NCBI RefSeq assembly: GCF_037042905.1
Contig: NC_087258.1
Coordinates: 8,246,001-8,310,000 of the forward strand
Source: Lytechinus pictus
Taxonomy: Eukaryota
Reading direction: 5' to 3'
Length of the DNA: 64,000 nucleotides
This document shows, one piece after another, positions 1 through 9,908 of the stretch. The position numbers and the translations under genes were made by a program. The notes beneath the pieces were generated by a model. The model did no database searches. It worked only from the letters and a program-made list of their open reading frames with translations, and was not told where the DNA came from. Within the stretch, counting starts at the first letter, position 1. The number at the start of each line of letters is the position of its first letter.

Positions 1-590
1 AGTGGACCTAAGCCCTTTTGCAACTAAACTCTTCATATATAGATTCCGGGCTGGTGTTAAATCAACACCGGAGTTTTTGCAGTGTACCTTGACCATTTTA
101 TCAGTTATGCCGATCACGATCTTTAGGCGAATTAATTTTTATTTTCTTGAGACCTTAAATTTGTCCAGTTTTAGAGCAACGCATCACGAGCACCAATTTT
201 GCTCTAAAGTTAATGATTTTTTTGAATATTCGTATTATAACAGCCACCTAGAATAAATAAATAAGCTCTAATTCTGAAATACTAAAGCTGTCAAAGAAAT
301 CCTTTCCCAGAATGCAACAGTATGACCATGCACTGGTTGTGTGCATACTCATTTTCTGCTATCCTCTTTACAGCATTGAAACCACGGTGTTAAGGACAAC
401 AAAATCTCTATGTACTTCCAAAGATTCCTGATTTTCAGTTGATCATGGTCTAGCTCGTAATTCTTGTAACAAATTTCACACTTCATGTTATGTTGTTCTA
501 TTCAAATGTATTACTAAGGTTAACTATCGAAACTGATATCTCCTAAAAAGACGTTATTTTTTAATGTTTAATTGGTGTTGTTCTTCACAG

Positions 591-776
591 GGTGGAGAGA
601 TGCTGTATGGTCATAACGGTGCAGGAGGCCAGTTAGCATTTGCAGATACCAAAAACCAGCTTGGAATTGGATTTGTGAGCAGTGCTTTATCTCCTTATTT
701 CATCCGTGACGACCCAAGAACGGATGCTCTGCTTGCTGCTCTATACAAATGCATACAATCAATAGAGAACACTTAA
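591..776 (+). CDS. Terminal exon of a beta-lactamase-domain (LACT-2/EstB-like serine hydrolase) gene; upstream exons lie outside the window
   Basis: Acceptor ttcttcacag| at 590. Encodes GGEMLYGHNGAGGQLAFADTKNQLGIGFVSSALSPY...IENT*, with the GHxGAGG motif, and is clearly paralogous to exon 8 of the gene at 32388-32576 (FGHEGAGGQKAWADPKNQIGFSFVSNALSPY). Confidence 0.88.
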   Translation, partial: GGEMLYGHNGAGGQLAFADTKNQLGIGFVSSALSPYFIRDDPRTDALLAALYKCIQSIENT

Positions 777-905
777 AGAACATTAGAGTGAAGAAAGGAC
801 TTTACTTCTTGAGAGAGTTTTCGAACTGTCACGAGGACAAAACCGGATTTAAAAATTTGGTTTACTACTATTACATAGATGCATCAACGGAAAAAACAGA
901 CCTAT

Positions 906-2380
906 ACATCTATGATCTTCGTCTTCGTGATAGGCTGCAGAGCCCTTTGAAGATTACAGCAGATGATGATGATGATGATGATCATTCTACTAAAATTATA
1001 TAATGTTTTCTCTTTTAATTCCATATAAATGAACTGCTATTATCTGAATTCTCTTTAGGCAATAATTACATACTCCTTTGATAGAAGTTCCATGGAAATA
1101 TATTGAAGATGTACGATAAAAGTGTTACGCTCATACACATCGATTGCTTTGTCTAATGTGAATTCATATTTAATCATCCTTATATTCTGAATGACTCCTA
1201 AATGATCATTTTATATCAAGTATCGTTATTAAAGAAAAATATCTGACTACAAATTCTCTTTCTGGAATCATCACCTTCTTTTATTTTAGAATTCAATTTT
1301 ATAGTATACGCAACAAAAATATGATCTGCATTATACCACATTTTAAAAACAAGTTGTTATATTAAACATGTTAAACATAATACTAATAATGACCGTTTAT
1401 GACCATGAGTGCAATGGAAAGAATACTTCATGAGGTGAAAGATGAATGGATCATTCATTTAATCTTTTACCGAATGAAGTATTTTGTTAATTGCACGAAT
1501 GATGAGAACATTCATATGACACCTAAAAAAATATATTTTTTTATGAAATTTATGAAATTCGGTGCAAAATAAGTATGTTTATGCAGTGTGAGCTCGGTCT
1601 GTTGATTGTCGCGTAAATACAACACCCGTGCTGCAAACACGAATGGTTTTACTTGTGGTACCTGCAGTCAGGGTGCACATCTATGATCATTCTACTGAAA
1701 TTATTTAATGTTTTCTCTTTTAATTCCATGTAAATGAACTGCTATTATCTGAATTCTCTTTAGGCAATAATTACATACTCATTTGATAAAGGTTCCACGG
1801 AAATATATTGAAGACGTACGATAAAAATGTTACGCTCATACACATCGATTGCTTTGTCTAATGTGAATTCATATTTTATCATCCTTATATTCTGAATGAC
1901 TCATAAATTATCATTTTATATCAAGTATCGTTATTAAAGAAAAAATTCTGACTACAAGTTCTCTTTCTGGAATCATCACCTTCTTTTATTTTAGAATTCA
2001 ATTTTATAGTATACGCAACAAAAATATGATCTGCATTACACCACATTTTAAAAACAAGTTGTTATATTAAACATGTTAAACATAATACTAATAATGACCG
2101 TTTATGACCATGAGTGCAATGGAAAGAATACTTCATGAGGTGAAAGATGAATGGATCATTCATTTAATCTTTTACCGAATGAAGTATTTTGTTAATTGCA
2201 CGAATGATGAGAACATTCATATGACACCTAAAAAAATATATTTTTTATGAAATTTATGAAATTCGGTGCAAAATAAGTATGTTTATGCAGTGTGAGCTCG
2301 GTCTGTTGATTGCCGCGTAAATACAACACCCGTGCTGCAAACACGAATGGTTTTACTTGTGGTACCTGCAGTCAGGGTGC
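906..2380. repeat. Tandem duplication of a ~700-bp unit (906-1676 / 1677-2380)
   Basis: Two near-identical copies running acatctatgatc...attctact...gtacctgcagtcagggtgc. Copy 1 has an extra 66 bp at 918-983. Confidence 0.9.
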
Positions 2381-3117
2381 GCGCGTGCAGTGGAAAAATC
2401 ATATGGATCCAAAATTGCACGATGAATGGATCAAAAATTGCACGGTTGATAACGTCATTGTAAAATGGGCTGAATGACCGATATCAAACAGCCAATCAAA
2501 TGACAAGGATTTATCTAGTTGTCATATAAAATGAGTTATTGATTGAGGATATTGACGATACATTGAAAAATTATGCTGGATACTAGGTGGACGCAGAGTT
2601 CGTTATTACATAGAAGAGAGTTTTCGCAACTGTGACGCAGAACGATTTGGGCACATAGGGAATGTATTGTCAAATGCCCTTCAAGAAAAAGAGCAAACAA
2701 GAAAAAAAAAGTTTCGTCTGGATTCTGCATGGTCAAACGACATAATTACAATTTTCCGTTAGCTCTGAAACGGAGGACGGAACTGCTGATCCGATTCGCC
2801 AATTTTCGACAAAGACCTCACAACTATTCATTACGATTTGACTAACATTTACAATGCATTTGCTGTGTCCTAGGATTCGTTCTGTGACGCAGTGCGAAAA
2901 CTTTCTACTGACGAAGTCAGATCACACAGTCAAAGCGTGGCTATTAATTGTCATGGGTATGTGATACATGCATCAAACTGTGCCTATTGTGTTTTCCACA
3001 TTATTTTCACTTTGTGTTCATACAATTGACTATATTATGTCGACTACACACTGTGTTGACTATGCGTTCTTCCGGCAAGACTGACTGGGCGAAGAAGTCT
3101 GCGGATATAATAAATAA

Positions 3118-3121
<4 letters not shown>

Positions 3122-3173
<52 letters not shown>
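3122..3173. repeat. (AT)n microsatellite
   Basis: Uninterrupted AT dinucleotide run. Confidence 0.95.
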
Positions 3174-3175
<2 letters not shown>

Positions 3176-3380
3176 TTTATATACCACGTATAATGTCGAT
3201 AAGTAGTCCTAAATACGATTCTGCTTGGTATTTAAATTTCCGTACACTTTTTGGTTTTTGGGTCACTTTTGGCCAAGGAAGAAGTCTCACCGCAGTGCAA
3301 AGTGTCAAACCACATCGGGAGACCGATTATCGAATTCTGCGGACAGTTCAAAGTAGTTATAGTATAGACCTCATACCTAT

Positions 3381-3535
3381 TTGACCTTTGACCCGGTCAG
3401 CCGTTACCTTTGACCACATGACCTTTAGCCCGGTCAGCCGTGACCTTTGACCCGGTCAGCCATGCCCTTTGACCACATGAGCTTTGGCCCGGTCAGCCAT
3501 GACCTTTGACCACATGACCTTTAGTCCGGTCAGCC
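3381..3535. repeat. Subterminal TGACCTTTGACC / CCGGTCAGCC repeat array of the left TIR (mirror copy at 9424-9652)
   Basis: Three perfect TGACCTTTGACC copies (3382, 3441, 3500) plus variants on the left; six perfect GGTCAAAGGTCA copies on the right (9448, 9544, 9581, 9603, 9618, 9640). Confidence 0.85.
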
Positions 3536-4153
3536 AAGCCCTCTATAGCTAGCATGACCCGACGGCCATAACCCATACTTCCGGTCAGCCATGACGTCAC
3601 AATGAAAAGGTGTTAGTTACGCAACCACCGTGATGTCATCCCAGGGAAGCACCCTTATTGCACCATCGGTATTGCACCACCGCGGTGCACCGTTGCGTCA
3701 TCGCCACGTATTATCGGTCGACCTTATCACACGATGCAGCGACGTTACACGCGTATTTTTAGAATATAATACGATGCACAAAAAAGACATCTATACAGTT
3801 ATCTTTCTCCGCCTACCAGCAGATATGTCAAGTGCCTCGCGGTTCACGAAGCGATCAACCCATGCTAGGCCAACGTGAGCATGCATCCGTAGATTCCGTA
3901 AGAATCCGTAAAAATTTGCAAGAATATCCGTAAGAATCCGTAAAAATTTACAAGAATATCCGCAAGACTCCGTAGATTCCGTAAGAATCCGTAAAATTTG
4001 CAAGAATATCCGTAAGACTCCGTAGATTCCGTTGAATCCGTAAAAATATGTGAGTAATCGAAGTACCTTCACGCGCGTTTCATGATTACGTATTATTATA
4101 GAAGATTCAACGTTAATTTTCTTCATTTCCGAACAAATAATCATCGAGTCAAC

Positions 4154-4777
4154 ATGAATACCTTGGATATGTCCAACCGTTACGCTTGTTCACAATGCGA
4201 TAAAACCTATAGTAGGAAGTATGATATGCAGAGGCATGAACAAAATGAGCATTATACTGGAGAAGAAACGAGTGAAGATGAAGACTCCGACCCACCCTCT
4301 CAAATGCAAAGAGTTGAAGAATCCAACGATGATTCCGAAACGAGCGTATCAGAAAGCGATGGACACGAATCGTCAGAGACACATAACATGGATGAAATTG
4401 AAGACAGCCTCGCTTATCGAGGATGGTAAGAACAAGCCATGACAGCCACCAAGGACTTGAGAGACGAAAAATATCAGAAATATGTCTCAGAGGGAATGGA
4501 AGAAGAAGACGCTAAAGAAAAGGCTCACGTGAAACTACTGTGGGCCATCAAACGCATCTTTTTCGATCTTTACTCTCAGTTCTTGCGGCAGAACGTGTAC
4601 CTTGAAGACGCTGACATCAATCATGAAATCGTGTCCGATCTCACGGACAGATTAGAAAATGGCATGGATTTTCGGAAAGCCGTAAAGAGAGTGTTAGCCA
4701 GGCATGGTTCACAATTCGAAGGTTTATTCCAGTATCAAGATGAAGATGACAAAGAAGAGACGAATGACGACGAGTAA
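4154..4777 (+). pseudogene. Polinton cargo gene: C2H2 zinc finger + acidic linker + helical C-terminal domain, interrupted by one in-frame TAA
   Basis: MNTLDMSNRYACSQCDKTYSRKYDMQRHEQNEH carries a CxxC-x12-H-x4-H finger. ORFs 4082-4429 and 4439-4777 are in the same frame, separated only by TAA at 4427-4429 (SLAYRGW*EQAMTATKDLRDEKY...). Intronless; AATAAA at 5314. Confidence 0.7.
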
Positions 4778-5637
4778 GAGACGCGTGATACAGGTGGACA
4801 CCGGCACAACTGAAGATGTCACATCGCCTTGACAACAAAATACTTCCAAGACAGCATTAATAACGGAACCCTAAAATTTTTATCGTGAATATCAATCTAG
4901 TTTCTGAATGGCATAACAAGATGATACTAATGTTCCTAATATTGCGCACATATCCACCTTGTTAGGTGCTCAAGGCGCTCCTATATTACTTTAAGGTATA
5001 TTGCTGCAAAATGACGTTACAGATTTACGAAAAAGGGATCTGATACTTGTTTATGTAGTAGAAATGTTATGTTATTGGTGATTCGTAAAGAAAGATTGGA
5101 TACCTGTTCCTATAGTATGGCAGTATTGTCTTTAATGATGTATCATTATGGTTGTGTCATGAACGTTTATGGGCAGTATGGAATCGCTACATTTCTTTGA
5201 TAGAGAAAACAAAAGATTGTTTATAAACTTGATGTTATAACTTTTCGGTAAATCATTTTAACTCTAGCTAAAAACGTCTATATTTATGGTTACTCGTGCT
5301 TTGTATCAAAGTGAATAAAGTAAAATTAAGAAAGATTTGAGATTTTCGTATGACTCTTGCCTTATTTCTTGTTTATGTGCTCGTATGACAGACGTGGTTG
5401 TGCTCGGTAATAATGGAAATGATGCTGATGATTGAAATAACGGTGATAATGTTGACGATGATGATGTTTCTGATGTGAAAGATAATTCTAATAATACGGA
5501 TGATGCTGGTGATTGAAATAAAGGTGATAGTGTTGACGAGGCTAACGTTTGATATAATTATACTGATAATGATAATGATGCCGGTGTTTGAAATAATGGT
5601 GATAAGGATAATGACGCCGATGTCCAAAATAATAACA

Positions 5638-5998
5638 GAGAGCGAAGTTGGCTCAGTCGGTTAAGCGTCTGCCTGTCGAACCAAAGGCCGTGGGTTCGAG
5701 TCCACCCCAGGCGCATGACTGAAACCTGCGTTGTGTGTAAACGCCTCTCCCCTGATCCATAGATGGGGCTATGTTACAGCGGAAATACACCGTCCCTCGG
5801 ATAGGACGTTAAACGGAGGTCCCGTGTAGAGGAGAGTCACCGCCTTTACACGTTAAGAACCCACTGCACTATTCGCATAAGAGTAGGGGGAAACCCCGGT
5901 GAAGTGGTCCACCTGCACTCCCCAAATCAGTTATATCGGGAAGAGATTCAGTTCGCTTAAAATTCGCCTCCCGTGTACATGTGACGGCAAACAAATAG
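5638..5998 (+). mobile_element. tRNA-derived SINE with Deu/Nin-type central domain, inserted in the Polinton
   Basis: A box TGGCTCAGTCGG, B box GGTTCGAGTCC. Core CCGTCCCTCGGATAGGACGTTAAACGGAGGTCCC...CACGTTAAGAACCCACTGCACTATTCG..AAGAGTAGGGG resembles the Deu domain. Candidate TSD TAATAACA (5630-5637 / 5999-6006). Confidence 0.8.
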
Positions 5999-6584
5999 TA
6001 ATAACATAGTAATAGCTCTATGGTAATAGTAATCACGGTGATAATGTTGACGATGGTGGTGTTTGGAATACTTGAGAAATGTTGATGATACTGATGTGAA
6101 AAATAATTGCGATAATATTGATGATGCTGATGTTCTAAATATCGCATAATGTTCAGAATACGAAGGTTTATAATAATGGCGCTAATACTGACGTTGAGGG
6201 TTGCGTTAAATATGGTAATATACTTTAAGGCTAAAGTCCATTTCATTAGAGTTAGCGAAAAGTCCATTAGAGTTAGGGTAAAATCCAGCTTATCTCGATT
6301 TTCATCCCCATCATGTCCCTCCATCGCGTCCATATCAGATCTCGCGTCCCCTTCTTCATCCTCGAGGTTCGGGCGCTTTCCAAAACGCATGAACCTTCTA
6401 TAATAATACGTAATCATGAAACGCGCGTGAAGGTACTTCGATTACTCACATATTTTTACGGATTCAACGGAATCTACGGAGTCTTACGGATATTCTTGCA
6501 AATTTTTACGGATTCTTACGGATATTCTTGCAAATTTTTACGGATTCTTATGGAATCTACGGATGCTCGCGTTGGCCGTGCATG

Positions 6585-8947
6585 CATGGGCGGAAATCCC
6601 AGGGGGGACAGGGGGGACGTGTCCCCCCCTACTCAAAATAGTAGGGGGGACACAATATCAAATGTCCCCCCTACTATTTTTTGTCTTTTATGATGGTAAG
6701 AAATACATCATTCTAAATCGAAATAAAACATGTATTTTGAGACGAGTTGGGACGAGATGACCGAACTTTTGGGATGATGACCTTTTTTTTTCTTGTCACT
6801 TTTATGGTCTGAATAATTTTATCAACATTTGCTGCTTGCTCGCAAATTTTGATTTATCAGGTACCTATTATTTTCGGGTATTCCATAAAGTTTTCAAAAA
6901 TATCCCTTTTCAGGTCTGATTGTCAAGACGTATCAGCTAGCGCTGCACGCTGGCATTTTGATTGGCGAGTTATGTATGTTTCAATATTGATTATACAACA
7001 AACTACTTAAAATCCCCTTTTCACGACAGTTTATCAAAAATTTTAGCTCGCGATTTGCGCTCGCATTAATGGTTAAAAATATATTAACTGATGCATCCTA
7101 TTAATAATTACAAAGGTGAAATGTCTTGTTTTTATGCCATAATATCATCAGATTTCGCGCCCTCATTAGGCATTAATAAATATGATATTAATTTAATAAT
7201 TAAATTGTCCCTTTTTTTTATCTCGCGCTTAGCAAGAGGAATTTTCATGACATGTTTCTGTTTCTGTTTCTGTTTATGGTAACTCCCGTAGGAACTCGGC
7301 AGGACAGCATTTTTTGCTGGTAAACGCCAAGCTGGTATATAACCAATTACCTTGGAAACATTTTACGTCTAGGTTAATCAGTCATAGTGGCTGACGTAAT
7401 AGACGACAGATATCACTCTTGGGCCTTTGTATCAAAGTGGAGACAATGGCAGAGTTGGGATTCAAACTCACAACCTTGCGATTATGAGTCCAATGCTCTG
7501 CCTCTAACCACTGGACCACACGACCCTTACATGTCGTAAGGATGTCCCGGTCCTATGTCAAAACTCAAAGTAATAATAATGAAAATTTTAGCTCTTTTTT
7601 TAAAGTGCGATCCATATCTACCTTACAATTTTCCTCCAAAATGCTTGAAATATAAAGTTGTAATTGACTCTTTTTTTCAGATCGGAATATCAAAGTTTCA
7701 TGATTAAAGATGTATTTAGAATGCCTAGATTCTAGGTCGAAATATGAAACACGCGCGCGCATGTTTATTCAAATACTCAACTTGTTCTCTATTTAAATCA
7801 TTATCCAGTTTCAGATCACAATATCAAATTTTTTCTGCTCGCGCTTTGTGCTCGCATTATTAATGTAGGAAGCCCGGGGTAGGAAGACCCCCTATTACTC
7901 ATCCTTTTCATGATTTACAAAACATTGATTTTGATTGATTTATTTTATTTAAACACGGTAAAATGCCCTCGATCAGCCTATGGCTGTTTACAAAACATGA
8001 ACAGAGTGGCCCATTTTTAGGTCTAAATCTCGATTTTTTTTTCTGCTCGCGCTTCGCGCTCGCATCAATTGTTGAATTATATAGCTATCCTGTTCACGAT
8101 TACAAAAATTGATAAAAATTTTCCATTCTTTCTTTAGAAATTTTCACAAATTTTCAGCTCGCGCTTCGCACTCGCATTTTTTTATTGTTGAAATATGTAA
8201 TACCTTCATGGCTAAGTGCAAGCAGTCCTTAACATGTACCTTTTCAACAGGTACCAGTTCAAAACGTATATAAAAATTTTCTGCTCGCGCTTTGCGCTCG
8301 CATTATTAATACTCATCCTTTTCATGATTTACAAAACATGAATAGAGTGTCTCGTTCAGTAAATATTATAGGACTAAATCTCGAAATTTCCGCTCGCGCT
8401 TCGCGCTCACATCAATTGTCTACTTATATACCTATTCTGCTTGAGTTACAAAAAGTGCTTAGAATTTCCATTCTTTAGGTGAAAATGTCACCAAAAAAAT
8501 AAGCTCGCGCTTCGCGCTCGCATTATTTGATTGTTAAATGCTAACTGCACGCAGTCTTTAATAGGTATCTTTTCCATCAGTTCATTTCTGCTCGCGCTTT
8601 GCGTTTGTAGTAATTATTAAGTTGCATACACATCTTTTCAGGATAACAAACATTGCCCAGAATGTTCAAATTTTACGAAAAAATACATAACATTTCCAAA
8701 AAATTAGCTCGCGTTTCGCACTCGCATCATATTAATGAGGATTATGATATTATATATGAATTTATAAAAATAAAGCTAAGAAGTGACTAATGAGGACTAC
8801 CCCTTCAAAGAAACAAACACAAATCATCTTCGAGCTGCCGATCGGGGAAAATATGGCTGAAACAAATTTCCGCCCCCCCCCCCTATTGGCGAAGGCTGGA
8901 TCCGCCCCTGTGTCCCCCCTACCTTTGGGGAGAGATTTCCGCCCCTG
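6585..8947. mobile_element. Non-autonomous hAT-like element inserted in the right Polinton TIR
   Basis: TIR CATGGGCGGAAATC / GATTTCCGCCCCTG (13/14 match). 8-bp TSD CGTGCATG (6577-6584, 8948-8955). AT-rich interior with about 10 GCTCGCGCTTCGCGCTCGCA-type motifs. Confidence 0.85.
7256..7526 (-). mobile_element. tRNA-derived SINE inside the hAT-like element
   Basis: Minus-strand head GGGTCGTGTGGTCCAGTGGTTAGA...GAGTTTGAATCCC (A/B boxes) and an (AAACAG)n tail near 7256-7275. Confidence 0.65.
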
Positions 8948-9908
8948 CGTGCATGGGTTGATCTCTTCGTGAACCGCGAGGCACTTGACATATCTGCTGG
9001 TAGGCAGAGAGAGTCGGCTTTCACCTTTCCAATAGGATTGACCCCGGATATCCCAAGTTCAATGACACGCGTTGGCCGTGCATGGGGTGATCGCCTCGTG
9101 AACCGCGAGGCACTTGACATATCTGCTGGTAGGCGGAGAAAGATAACTTTTTAAATAGGAAACTGTACAGATGTCTTTTTTTGTGCATCGTATTATATGC
9201 TAAAAATACGCGTGCAACGTCGCTGCATCGTGTGATAAGGTCGACCGAAAGTCATTAATACGTGGCGATGACGCAACGGTGGTACAATACCGATGGTGCA
9301 ATAAGGGTAATTCTCTGGGATGACATCACGGTGGTTGCGTAACTAACACCATTTCATGGTGACGTCATGGCTGACCGGAAGTCTGGGTTATGGCCGTCGG
9401 GTCATGTTAGCTATAGAGGGCGTGGCTGACCGGACTAAAGGTCATGTGGTCAAAGGTCATGGCTGACTGGGCCAAAGGTCATGTGGTCAAAGGGCATGGC
9501 TGACCGGGCTACAGGTCATGTGGTCAAAGGGCATGGCTGACCGGGTCAAAGGTCACGGCTGACCGGGCTAAAGTTCATGTGGTCAAAGGTCATGGCTGAC
9601 CGGGTCAAAGGTCATGTGGTCAAAGGTCATGGCTGACCGGGTCAAAGGTCAAATAGGTATGAGGTCTATACTATAACTACTGTTCAATGCAGACAGAAGG
9701 TAAATTCAGTTTTAAATATGTTGCAAACACAATTTAAAATGTTTTTTTAGAAACCAACCGTCTATACTGAAGGACAGAGACATTTAACTCCATCTTCTTT
9801 TACCACACACACATGGATTGAGTTCACGATGTATCATGATGGTTTGACAGTAGTCGAAAAAATAATTATGATGATCAAATTCTTGATGATTTGTCTGGAT
9901 TTTCTCTT

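Larger units (their letters stand above)
3352..9681. mobile_element. Non-autonomous Polinton/Maverick-like element
   Basis: Termini 5'-AGTAGTTATAGTATAGACCTCATACCTATTTGACC...GGTCAAATAGGTATGAGGTCTATACTATAACTACT-3'. Perfect 6-bp TSD GTTCAA at 3346-3351 and 9682-9687. Left TIR 3352-~4109; right TIR 6390-6584 + 8956-9681, split by a hAT-like insertion. AG...CT ends, long TIRs and a 6-bp TSD are Polinton hallmarks. No pPolB, integrase or capsid ORF is present. Confidence 0.85.

Noticed and set aside
2101-2529. Crypton-like palindromic element (TTATGAC...GTCATATAA)
   Set aside because: An internal palindrome is visible, but the boundaries and family cannot be supported without other full copies.
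3381-3535. CRISPR-like array
   Set aside because: Units are adjacent degenerate repeats without unique spacers, in a eukaryotic context with no cas genes.
3791-4144. ORF 3791-4144(-) and its mirror 6313-6693(+)
   Set aside because: Both read through the CCGTA repeat array of the TIRs; openness comes from repeat composition.
5638-5715. Functional tRNA genes at 5640, 7460-7526, 12270, 44280-44340 and 53361
   Set aside because: A/B boxes are present but the cloverleaf stems are broken, and most continue into SINE bodies.
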